Positions 13,885 to 26,193 of a DNA stretch of 64,000 bases are shown here, one piece after another (within the stretch, counting starts at the first letter, position 1; each line of letters starts with the position of its first letter). The notes beneath the pieces were generated by a model. The model ran no database searches and was not told the origin of the DNA. It was given only the letters and a program-made list of their open reading frames with translations. Position numbers and translations under genes: made by a program. Origin of the DNA: Toensbergia leucococca (taxonomy: Eukaryota); the NCBI GenBank assembly GCA_022813965.1, contig JALDZS010000071.1:1-64000 (forward strand). The letters run 5' to 3'.

Positions 13885-15149
13885 CACATCTATTCACAGG
13901 AGCATCACTGATCAAAGGCTACTGCTGAAATGACTAATAGAACCCTATCCTCCTATTCTTTCACGCGCCCTTTGAGCCTGAAATTTGTTCAGCTGCCTCA
14001 TGTCAGGATAATATGAGATTTTGTAATTAAAACCACTTAGGGTGTTTGATGAAATTCTTGATAGACTTGCTTGAATGGTCTCACATGAACAAGACTGATA
14101 GTAGTAGTGTTTATGTTGCTTTGCATGTGAGTTTTGTGTTGAGATGAAAATTGAAGAAAATTTTTGTTTTTGAGAGGGAAGAAAAGTTGAGGGTGTGTTG
14201 AGTAACTTGCTTGAAAATGATAGAAACCTCTTCATTTAAATCTTGTGAAAGAGTCCTTAAGTCTCTCTTATCTTCTCAATTCACAAGCCCTAAAAAGATA
14301 AAGAGTTTTAGTCATGTGAAAAGTCGGTCAACACAAGACTTTTGCTTCAAAACCTCAAAAATTTCAATACTGAATATGTTAAAATAAAGCTCTCATTTAG
14401 ATACACAGGGTCAGACAGTGCAATAGAATAAGTTCTTGTCACCTGTTTTACAATAATCTTATATTAGATTTATCTTGATTTGAACCTTAGTTAAGTCTCA
14501 GAATGATGCACATATTATCATTGTTTTCTGAGTCACTACTGACTCTTTGACTGTGAATGAGAAATTTCATATATTTTTGATTTTTTTTTTTGAACAAAAC
14601 TTCCCCTTGATTTCTCTCATGTTTATTGAGATTCTTCATCTTTTATCACATGAAGCTTGAAGATTGAGTAAGATGAGAGAGATATCAGATAACTTGAAAG
14701 AAATACTCATGATATGAAGGATTTTTCTATTATTTTTTAGCAAGTCACTCAACACACCCTCTTAATCATCTTGATTTCTCATCTTTTACCTCAGCTTTTC
14801 TTCTCTCTCAAAAAATAAATTCTCTTCACACTTTTCTTTCTTCAGTTTTGATTTCAACACAAACTCACCTTCAAGCAAGCATATACTGATACTGTCAGTC
14901 TCATCAAAAAAAAAAAGAGACTTTACTCTCATCTCAGGCTATCTATCCAAGCGACGCTAATCTCGAGTTCCATCAAGCACCCCGACCTTTCCGGTTCTGC
15001 AAAGATTTTCGGGCGTTCTTGATGTGTCATGAAGCAGCTGAACAATTTCCTGACTCAAAAAGGCGCGTGAGACAATGTAGGCGGATGGGGTTCTGTTGGT
15101 CATCTCAGCAGCGGCCCTTTGACCGGCGATCCTCCTGCGAGTAGGTGTA
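13885..15149. repeat. Long degenerate inverted repeat (arms ~13885-14236 and ~14712-15149) around an AT-rich spacer
   Basis: Left arm CACATCTATTCACAGGAGCATCACTGATCAAAGG.. aligns with the reverse complement of the right arm (..CCTTTGACCGGCGATCCTCCTGCGAGTAGGTGT). Similarity continues inward to GGGTGTGTTGAGTAACTTGC / GCAAGTCACTCAACACACCC. Confidence 0.85.
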
Positions 15150-16521
15150 GATATCCTCCCTCTGGAGGTGTGAATATCCTCCCCTCTGAGAAGAAATATA
15201 GATCTTTCTCACAGCGGCAAACTGGTAGTAAAAGATGGCCCATGGAACCAAAGTTTCGGTAACGCATGCATGAGCTCATGAGATGTACGTCGCATCAGCC
15301 TCTCTTAGCAAACGCAATGAAGTCACTAGTGAGAAACAGCGTCCGACCAACAACTCTTTCTAATCAAAACACCTTCGATCCCGATTCCCGACGTCGTTTT
15401 CGGCTGGAATGTGGTGTCCTCTCTCCTAGCCAGTATAGTGGCCTGAAGCTGCGGCTCTGTGCTCGTCGCCGTTGAATAAATCTTGAGATGTGCAACGCTC
15501 ACCGCTTGGTAAAGGCGGATATTGATGCAATGGTCACGGCGAGCCATATTGGAGCCAGGTTACAAAAGCGTTGCGAGTCGAGTAATTCCTGCTCGGGAAA
15601 CATAAATCGACCCCAGTATTATCTATATATTTCCCGCGGTATAGTCTCGCCGACATTCAATCATCCTCCATTTTTTTCCCATCAACTTCAACAACTACTC
15701 TCCGTTCAGAAGCTACTGATTCTCCGCGGAAAAGAAAATTGCGCCTTGCCGCTGTTGGGTGCGGTGTTGATTGGTAAGGCGAGGTCTTGGATGGGCTCAT
15801 GTCCTACCCGCCGCCCTACAAAGCAAGCACAACAGCACGAAGAAGATCCCGCCGCCCAGACACCCGTGAGATTTTCAGCTCTTGTAAATTGGTGTTTCGA
15901 TACTCCCAAGAGAGGAAGGTGTTACTACTGAGGGGCGTTGTTGGGGGATGGAATAGATCCATCCATGCTTTCAGAACACGAGGCAGAGAGATTGAGGAAA
16001 GATAGATAGATGGAGATACATCAATTGACTGTTTTCTTTCCCTGAGAACAAGATCCAGCACCGCATCCTCGCATGCTGCATGCAAGAAGGTTCGTTGATC
16101 TGTTTGCGGCAGTCCCCAAGCATGAAAATTTACTTCTTACCGCCTTTTTTTCCACCTCTCAGATTTACTCATTTATCATGCTTCCCTTTCGCCCACCTCC
16201 TCCCCTTCACTCCCCGCCCGCATCCCTCTTTACTTCTCTCCCCCCTCGTCCCTCAACATCCCCCACACGCCCCAGACCTCAAAATGTCCATGCGCCAAAG
16301 CTCAATTTCCTAGCCCTTCGAAACCTTCACTCCCCGAAACAGGCGGAGATGCGCGGGACCGAGGGTTTTTGGAATGGGTATGAGATAGTGGATTGGGTTG
16401 GGAATTTGAGGGGTTTGCGGGTGGCGCAATTCGTTGAATGATTGATTGCAAGGAGCAAAGGCTTTGGGATGCGTCACTCGAAATTCAATCGTTCCGTCTT
16501 TACTTCAGAAACCAATCCTCC

Positions 16522-18207
16522 TCAATGCCTCCAAACCCTCACCGCCTTATCCTTCCCACCACTCCCCACCATCCCCCCATCCGCACTCCAATCGACCGCA
16601 TAAACCTCGTCCCGATGCCCGGGCAAATCCTCCCTCAGCTTCCCCGTCCGCACGTCCCATACCTTGAGCGTGGTATCCTTGCTCGCACTCACCACCATGC
16701 GGCTGTCCGGGCTAAAACACGCCATGTACACGGGCCCCACATGCCCTCTCATCGTGAAGAGGAATTTACCGTCGCGGGCATCCCACAGTTTGACGTGGTT
16801 GTCGAAGCCGGCGCTGGCGATGTAGAGGCCGTCTGGGGAGAAGGTGACGTGGTTGACTTGCTTTTGGTGGCCGAGGAGGCGGGCGATGGGTTTGAGGGTC
16901 TCTGAGGGCGACCAGAGGTAGATTGTGAAGTCGTCGCTGGCGGTGACGAGGCGCTCGGTGATGGTGTTGTTGGTGGTGGCGGCTTTCTGGAAGCGAAGAG
17001 TTGCTTTTTGGGTTTTGGCTTCCGCGGTAGAGGGGATGCTGCCGGTGTGGTCATGGTAGGCGGTGCGGAGGACGAAGTCGGTCGAGAGCGCTAGGTGATT
17101 TACCCAGTGGGCGTGAGCGGAGAGAGTGTGGAAAAGGGTAGCGGTGCTGGCGGACCAGATTTTGACCGTCTTGTCGTGTGAGGCTGTGTAGATGTTGCCG
17201 GTGCCGCCCCAGCGGACGCAGGAGACGGAGCCTTTGTGGCCGCTGAGCACGGATTCGATGCGCTTGGAGATGACGTCCCAAATGCGGACTGTTGCGTCTT
17301 TGGAGGAAGAGGCGAGGCGTGGCCGGCCGGGGGCTTGGATGTGGTAGGGTTCCCATGCTAGACTGGTGATCCATTTTGCATGGCCTTTTAATGGAGGGCC
17401 GAGGGACTGTCCGGTTTGCGGGTCCCAGAGGCGGACGGTATTGTCCATACTTCCGGTTGCGATTGTGCTGTCGTCCGGGGACCAGCTGACTGCTAGTACC
17501 CAGCTTGTATGACCTTTTAGGGTTTGAAATGGAGTGCCGGTATCACAGTCCCCTGAAGAAATTAGACCATAGAAGTAAAGTGTGAGTTTTCTGGCTTGAA
17601 TAAAGCTTTCACTAACATATTCTCGCCGTAGAGTCGCCGCTACCGGTCACCATTCTAGAAGATGATGCTGGAGAAAATTGTGTGGCTAGAATGGCTTCAC
17701 CGTGGCCGGGGATAGAGGATGAACATCGGTTGACTGCGCGAACGCGGAAGACTGCTTGTGGGGTATATTGGAGGCTGATGGTATCCTCGGTAGTTTTAAG
17801 GCCGGGGCGCAGGAGAGAATGGTAAAGATCGCTGGATATGTCAAGAGGATGATCGATGGTTGGTTTTTCTGAGAGCTCCGGACGCCAGGTGAAACGATAT
17901 GGGATTCTTTCCAGTGCATCCTAGATTAGTCAGTAAGATGTGAGATAATCGCTTCTAATATGTAGGTTCACTGATAACGTACGTTGTTTTGTAGGGTATT
18001 GAGAAGCAGTTCGAGGTTTTTCACCGTTGCATCTGCGACTGGGATAGAAACGGGGGCAGCGGCGGATTGGCCTGTTGATTGGTCTATAAACTGAACTCGT
18101 ATACTTCCTAGATCTTCAGGGATGGTTTGAATATTTTGCTGTTCCCGAGCCTTCTCGGCGTTTGCTGTCCGTAGGCGTTTGCTCGGGGGAGGGAGAACGG
18201 TAGCCAT
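16522..18207 (-). CDS. RSA4: Ribosome assembly protein 4 / Notchless (NLE + WD40)
   Basis: MATVLPPPSKR N-terminus, NLE domain, WD40 repeats (GHQKQVNHVTFSPDG, DLPGHRDEVYAVDWS, KAVRVWRH end); two introns. Confidence 0.96.
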
Positions 18208-18542
18208 TATCACGTCAGTCTGGTTGCCAGGTGGGTGCTGTTGATTGCAGAAGCATGCACTAGGCTGAGGCTTTTGTGTTCAATGCCAATTTCATTTTCA
18301 CTCTCCGGGCAAAAGATGACTCGAGAGTCAAAGACGTCGGACCAAGAGACTAAAATTATTTCTTCAAGATAATCGCTTAGCCCTATCAGTCATTAAATGC
18401 CCTACTCTAGCAACTTTGATTAGACGGCACTCACGACAGTATTCGAATCCTCCCTCTCCCTTATCCCCAGGCATCGCCCACATTATATTATGATTTATTC
18501 CCATTGTCTTTCTCTACTAATCTACAAGTGAGCCATCTTATA

Positions 18543-21500
18543 ATGCCTCGTAGCAGTAGGGCATCGACTTCATATACTTCTGCATCCACCTCATACCCAT
18601 ACCCTTCCTATCCAGAGGACACCACCACCACCAGACCTATCACCAGCCGTACCAGTAATGGAAGGCCAAAGACCAGACCAAAGACTGCTGCATCCAACTT
18701 GACGGGCTCCGCAGACCAGCAAATTATCTGTGCTATCACCGAGTCTCGAGGAATCTCTACTACTGTTGGCCTCGCCTTTGTCAATCTCACAAATACAGAA
18801 GCTGCCCTTTGTCAGATTTGTGACAATCAAACGTTCGTGAAGACATTACACAAATTATGGGTATACGAACCCTCGGAGATTCTATTCATGTCTACTGCTG
18901 CAAATCCCAAGTCCAAGCTCTACTCTATTGTAGAAACCAATCTTCCACAATTTCCTATCACTGTCATTGATAGAAAGTATTGGACGGAAAGTACAGGAGT
19001 CTCGTATATCCAACAGCTAGCATTCAAGCAAGACGTAGAAGCTATCAAGGTTGCCATTGAAGGAAACTACTTCGCAACTTGTTGCTTCGCCGCTGTGTGT
19101 AGCAATGAAGACTACTGCTTTCTCTCTCTAGCTAAATTTCCGTCTAGGCTCTCAAGTATATCGAGCTTGGTCTTTCTTTCACGTTTCCTTTTCATTCTCT
19201 TCGAATTAAATTTGAATCGTCCGAGGGCTCGATGATGATAGATCTTTCCACTATACATGCCTTGGAACTCATACAGAACCTCCAGCATGCAGAGTCAAAG
19301 GACTGCCTTTTCGGCTTACTTAATCAGACCTTGACTCCCATGGGTTCGAGGTTGCTGCGAAGTAACATACTGCAGCCGTTGACTGAAATGGACGTACTAA
19401 AGGGACGTTATGACGCCGTGGAAGAACTTACAACCAAGGAAGATGTGTTCTTCACTATTCGTCAAGGTTGGGTGCACAAGATCTTACGGATAACTCGAGA
19501 GAGCTAACCCAAGGCTAGCCTTGAAGGCTTTCCCAGACGTTGATCGAATCTTGACTGCTGTTAGTATACAGTCCATCCCCAAGATAGTTGAATAACAATG
19601 TAGATTATCATCATTCCTACCAAATCATCGATTCAATATTCAGAGCAATCAATCAACAACGTCATATCTCTCAAGCAGTATATCAAATCCATACCACCAG
19701 TATACGGAGCTCTAGCAGGCACGAAGAGCGAATTGCTGCTATCGATACGCCAGGTATGCTTGTGCTCATAGTGTACTTGTAAAGAGCTGACCACAACGGA
19801 GCTTTGTGACCCGGAGAATATTGCGGACATACAGGAATTGATTGATGACACTATCAATGAGGATATCACTTACCAGAGTCAACCGCTTGATTTGCGGAAT
19901 CAAAGGACTTACGCGGTCAAGGTCTGTTGAAAGAGTAATGGTCACATTGATTCTCTGCTACTAAATCTCTTCTTTAGTCTGGAGTCAACGGCCTTCTTGA
20001 TGTTGCGAGACAGACTTTTAAGGAAGCCAATGCAGATGCCTACCAACTAGTGACAGAGCTGAGTCGTGAGCTACTACGAGCTTTTGACTAGTATAAGCTT
20101 ATTCTATTCTAGAGGCCCACGCTTTGGCTCTCGAATTAAAGTACGAAACTGCTAGGCAATATTATATTCGAATCTCTGCATCCGAGCTTGAAGACCGAAA
20201 TTTACCTGAAATATTCATCAACCAGTTTCGACGGAAGAATGTAGTGGAATGTCAGACATTGGACCTCGTAAAATGGAACCAGAAGATTGTAGATTCTCAC
20301 CACGAAGTTCTCCAGATGAGTGATAAAAGTATCCAGGATCTTATCGATAAAATCCGCGAGGATGTTGCTCCGCTATTTAAGATCTGTGAGGCTATCGCTA
20401 TGCTTGATATACTAGCTTCGTTTGCTCAGCTAGTCATCACTCAAGACTATTGCAGACCAGAGCTAACCCCGACTCTTGCTATCAAAAGCGGAAGACACCC
20501 GATCCGTGAGAAAATCCATGCGGAGAAGTATGTGCCAAACGATGCGTACGCTACCCAGCAATCCAGGTTTCAGATAATCACCGGTTGCAACATGAGTGGA
20601 AAAAGCACCTATATTCGATCTATTGCTCTTATGGCGGTAATGGCCCAGATTGGAAGTTATGTACCAGCATCCTACGCATCCTTCCCCATTACCCATCAGC
20701 TTTTCGCTCGAGTCTCGATGGATGACAGCATCGAAGCGAATGTGTCAACGTTTGCCTCGGAGATGCGGGAGACGGCTTTCATACTCCGTAACGTCGATAA
20801 ACGAAGTCTGGTCATCATCGACGAACTTGGTCGCGGCACCAGTACAAGAGATGGAATAGCTATTGCTATTGCCATTGCAGAAGCTTTGGTTGAAAGTAGA
20901 GCGCTCGTATGGTTCGCCACGCATTTCCGAGATCTCGCCAACATTATGGCTGAACGGAATGGCGTTGTAAACTTACATCTGAAGGTGGAGATGGGAGAAG
21001 CAGACAAGATGAAGATGCTGTACAAGATCTCTGACGGTTGCGTCAAGGAGGAACACTATGGTCTGGCTCTGGCTAAAGTGCTTGCCCTACCTCCAAAAGT
21101 CATTGAAATCGCGGAAGAAGTCTCCCGGACATTGAGGAGGAAATCGGAAAAACGTAAAAAGAATTCGAAAATCATCGCGTTGGCTAGGCGCCGCAAAGTG
21201 GTGCTGAGTCTGAGGGAGCAATTGGTACAAGCTCATGAGGGGAACATGAAGGGAGAGGTGTTGGCGAGCTGGCTGAAGAAGCTGCAGGATGAATTCGTGA
21301 AAAGGATGAGTGCTATCGAAGAGGAGGCTATGGAAGAGAGTGGAGACGAGGAGACGGAGGGTAGCGCGACGGCTACGACAAGGGCTAGGGTTGAGTCGAA
21401 TGAAGACATCATGTCTATTTCTAGTGATCGGGTCACGACGAGGGCTAGGAACCAGTCTAGCATGGGTAGGGAAGCGGATGCCGGCCAGAGGTACATGATG

Positions 21501-21569
21501 ACAGGTGCTCTGCAACTTGAGCCGAAAGGACAAAACGAAATGGGACCCGAGGACAACTCTTACTCCTGA
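18543..21569 (+). CDS. MSH4: Meiotic MutS homolog 4
   Basis: ICAITESRGISTTVGLAFVN N-terminal region, IITGCNMSGKSTY Walker A, SLVIIDELGRGTS Walker B, FATHF. It lacks the mismatch-binding domain I, as expected for MSH4. Multiple introns. Confidence 0.94.
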
Positions 21570-21719
21570 CAGATGACAACTTTTGCCGTAGGCAGTGCTT
21601 ATATGGCCTTTACGCGATTGAATCGCTTTCCTACTGACTCTCATTTCTATCGACGAAGAGGTCACTAGCTTTGCAGGAAACAACCTTGAAAGAACAGCAG
21701 ACGTGACTGCTTTCTGATC

Positions 21720-22800
21720 ATCATAGCAGCCAGCAACGAAGGCTTCATTAGTAACACTATCATCAAAAAATCTTGACCTTTAGACCTTTACATTGCAGTG
21801 ATATATATATTGTACACCATTAACTAATCTATCACAACCAGAAATCATCACTCAAGCATTTCACATACATGCACAGATGTAACTCCTTTCCCCTAAACCT
21901 CTCACATTCACTCATCCATCTCTTTATACAAACCCATCAAATCAAACTCAACGCAATCAGAACCAAATCCATCAAAATCACATCATCTCTCCTCAAAATC
22001 CCTTAATCAACCACCCTCATCCATCTTTCTCTATAAAATCCCACAAACCAAACCCCGCCCTCTAATCTCAGAACATTCTCAAGTCCGACTCAAAACATCC
22101 CCCCCCTCCCGGGCCAAAAAAAAAAAAAAAAAAAAAAAAGAACTAACAAAGCAGGGTGCAAAAACGCCAAAAAAAAAATGTGCGACAAAAAAATTGCTAC
22201 TTTTGAGATTGAGGTGAGGGGCGGAATTTGCGTTGTTGAGTGAATGTGTGTGAACTTTTTGAGAAGGGGGGGGGGGGGGGGGAAGAAAGGAGAGGAGAGA
22301 GAGGGATTCTTGTGAGGATGATCTGATTTTGATGGAGGATGAAGGATGATGAGCATTGATGGATTTGATGAGACTGTAGTCTATACACATCTGAGACAAG
22401 AGACAAGAAAAAAGGAAAAGAAGAAGAAAACCAAGTCCCCCCCAAAAAAACAACGTACATATAAAAATCACCAAAAGCCCAAAAAAATCCCTCCCATTCA
22501 CAGAATCCAGCCTGTTGAAAGTAGAAAGTTAAAAAGAAAGAAAAAGGACGGTGAAAGAGTGAGATTTACAAGCGGAGCAGGGGCAAAAGAAGGAGAATCG
22601 AGTCAGAGCGTCAAGGGGTTTAAGGATTCAACATCTCTGTTCTCGGAAAAAAAAAAAAAAAAGCTATGTCATCAAAATCAAGCCATGCTACTACTTTCCC
22701 CAGTGATAAGTTTTCAGTCGTCCTACTGCCACGTAGTAGTCAACAGCTACAGCGAAAAAGAAAAAATACCGCTCTAAATAATAAAAAAAGCAAAAAGGCT
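21720..22800. repeat. Low-complexity, CpG-poor intergenic tract with long homopolymers
   Basis: A24 at 22116-22139, G17 at 22266-22282 and further A/C runs; strongly strand-skewed; no credible ORF. Confidence 0.6.
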
Positions 22801-22886
22801 TCTCGAAGCCCAAATATTCTAGCTCGTTAGCATAACGTCATGTTTCCGAGACCCTCGTTGCTTCATCCGCCGCAAGGAGGCGAGGC

Positions 22887-24287
22887 CTAAACCTTCCAAG
22901 CTTTCAACTCCCTCGCCCTAATCATGCGCGCCCCGCCGATCAAGACCGCGCCCGCCAAGATCGCCGCACCGCTGAAAGCTTGGGCGCGGTAGAATTCGCG
23001 CTCGGAGAGATTGACCAGCGCTCCGGCGATCGGGTTGCCGATCAAGAGCCCCAGTGCGCCGATAGCGAGACTCATGCCCATCCACGTCCCTACCACCGCC
23101 ATGTCGGGTGTCAGCTTTGCGACAACGGCCGGGATCAAAGACACGAATGCGCCAGAGAAGAAGCCGTAGAGGATGCAGAAGATGATGATGCCGGGGACGT
23201 CTTTGATGGTGATCCAGCAGAGACACAGCAGGCCCGAGGCGAATGTGCAAGGAAGGAGCATGTTCAACGCGCCCAGCTTGTCGGCCAGAAAGTTTGGGAG
23301 GATGCGGCCGAAGGCGGAAGCGGCGTTGACGATGGCCAGGAGGTAGAAGGCGAGGTCTGTGGAGATTGGGAGGAGGGTGAGGGCGTAGGTCTGGATGTAG
23401 AAGAGGGGGAAGTAGAGGCCTAGGAAGGTGAGGAAGACTCCTAGGGTGTGGAGCGTGTATGGGACTGTGCGGAAGGCAGAAGGGATCCAGAGGGAACGCG
23501 GGGGTTTGGGGCCGGTGAGGGGTCTCATTACGGCGATAGAGATGCAAAGGAGGGAGAGAGTTATGAAGCCCAGGACTCGGGTTGCCCAGCTAAAGCCGAT
23601 TTGGGGTTGAAGAGCGCGAAATGTGATGGGATAGACGATTCCTCCTGCTCGGGTAATACTATCAATTTTGGTCCATGGGATGGGATTGCGCAGGGAGATA
23701 CCGTACCAATACTACTACCCGAGACTGCAATTCCCGTCGCAAGAGCTCGGTTGGTGGTAAAGTATACAGCGACAATGGCAATGCTAGGAATAAAGAGACA
23801 GCCACTTCCTAGCCCGATGCAAATACCTTGCGAAAGAAAGACTTGGTAATACTGAGTGGAGATACTCGTCATCATGATGCCGAAGACAGTAAGGAAGCTG
23901 CCGGTCAGAAGTAAAGAGCGTAGGTAGCCCAGATCAAAAACTGGGCCTGTCACGACGCCGACAAAGACGAGGAGAAAGGCTTGGATGGAGCCGATCCAGG
24001 AGATATTTGATGAGCTGCTGGTTGAAAGAAGGGCGCTTTCATAGTATGTTTGATAGACGCCAAAGGAGTTGACGATGCCCCTAGTTTGCAGTTAAAAGTT
24101 ATGGTCTTGGTTTTGCTATAGGCTGATGACAGGCACGAATGCTGTGTTTTTACCAACTGCTGAAGAACAGGAAAAATGAGCCTAGGACTTGAAGCCATGC
24201 TTGGAGACCGCCGTCGACTGGGGCCGGAGAAGGAGGGGAATAGGATTTGGTCTCCTCGGTGGTTGATGACGTTGTCGGACGCGACAT
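22887..24287 (-). CDS. MFS monocarboxylate-transporter-like protein (MCT/Mch family)
   Basis: PVDGGLQAWLQVLGSFFLFFSSWG..NSFGVYQTYY, ISWIGSIQAF, YFTTNRALATGIAVSGSSIG, FGRILPNFLADKLG; many TM segments; introns at ~24083-24152 and ~23650-23707. Confidence 0.92.
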
Positions 24288-24989
24288 GGTCTGTGAAAAT
24301 GGTATCTTAAAGAAGTGGAAAGCTAATTCTTCATTTCTTTTTTGGCTGGACAAGCTCGTGATGATGCTTTTACACATCTACTCTCCACAGGCCCTGTTGA
24401 GAAGCAATTGAAGTGGAGGATGTTGGCTGTTATCAGCCGCAGCGGCTCTTACTGACGCCGAGCAGCCTTGGCTCTTTCCCTTTACAAATCCCATTTTTCC
24501 TCCTTTTCTTTTTGCTCTCGTTTCATTCGCTGTGTCCTTTTCAATTGAAACATCACTAAGCAATATTGACTAGATCCTTCGGGATTTGAAGATTTAGGCA
24601 GCAGGGCAGGAACATAAGCATTCCATGATGACCTGCCGCATGCAGGGCAGTAAAGCACTGCTCCAAGGGAAATAGGGTCATTATCATAAGTGAGCTAGAT
24701 TTCCAGCTGATTGAGCCTTTGTTGGTGCTCAGACAGCAGTCCATGTCACCAGCGTCAGGCTTTAGTGACAGAGGAAATATATAACACGATGTCTAACTTG
24801 TTGGCAATTACAGCTGTACCAAGATAGTGTTCATTCATTTGAAACTTGTGTCGTTGACTTCACTAATATAGAAATTACAGAAGCATCAAACAAGCTGTGG
24901 TGCGAGAGGGAATTAAACTAGAGGTTGAGATAAGAAATTCTCCGTCACCTGACACACTAGTAAACGCGAACTCTCGATTCAAGGATTAT

Positions 24990-25700
24990 GTTTTGAAAAA
25001 AATGACTCCGCAGTTTTGATCAGTGATTAATCTTACTTCAGACTGATATTATAAGATCCCATTAGACCAATTGTTTTTTCAAGAAATTTGGGTATTCAAC
25101 CTCTTTAGTATTGAACAAGAAGCATCATTCTTTTCAATTGAGCTACTTTACCCTTCCCCCTCAATCTTTCAAAGAACTCCCTGCTATTCTCAATATTCAC
25201 AAACTTCACAAATCACTTCACTAATCTCTCATCCTTCATCATATGCAACACAATCACATACTCATTCACATACTTCTCAACATTTATCTTTACTGTGCTG
25301 CTCACATGCATCATCACCTTGAGTGCTGCCTCATCTACAATCATGTCATGCACTGTAAGCTTGAAATTTCAGAATAATGTCAGCATGAGGGTGAAATAGG
25401 CGGTGTATTGCAAGTTGATGAGAAGGGGGTGATGAAGTGAGGCGGGTCAGATTTCATGAGTGCAGGTGAGAGCGCGGAAGGTCATGATTGAGGCGATGGT
25501 TCAATCATTGAAGGCGGTGATGACGGAGCGAGCGGTTTGAAGAGAGGGGGATGAGGTCATTGTAAGGGGAGGGTGTTGATGTCACCAAATTGATCATCAG
25601 TAGGTGTGTGTTTGCATGAAACATCAGGTGCAAAGGTGTAATTTACCAATATCTCCTGGGTGATATCTTACTATAAATATTTATCGAATCAGCAGGTAAT
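24990..25700. mobile_element. Degenerate CpG-depleted repeat relic
   Basis: TCA/TGA-rich, skewed, ORF-less sequence resembling the other relics in the window; family not identifiable; boundaries approximate. Confidence 0.4.
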
Positions 25701-26193
25701 CTGCCTTCCTTATCAATTGTCGTATATAATTACAAGGCAAAGATTTCATCAGTTCTATCAACTGCCTCCGTTCTTTAAATTCTGTACCATTCTAATGCTC
25801 AACAGATCATGATTTATTACTCTCTTATCTGAAGACGGACTTTGCTCGAGTCTCAGTGAAATTTCATGTTATATAACAAATATACTGCACTTTGCATGTC
25901 TTCTGCTCTCTTGCGGCTTCCTGTGATGTTGACTGTCTTCAAGATCGCTACGATACAATCGAGTAGAAAATATTTTTGCTCCCGTCCTCAGTCCCATTCT
26001 GTCACTGGTACCAGCCAGAAACGCATGTCTCCTGCAGGGGGATAGATTAGTGAAATCCTCTAGTATCACTTGAAGAGCTAGTAAAATTAGCAAAGACCTA
26101 CTCAAGATTTTGTACTCGTAATCCGGAGACCGGTCTCTGACGAAGCAGTTCCACCTCATCGGTTTGCTCCAATTATCGTAATGCAACGGGTCT

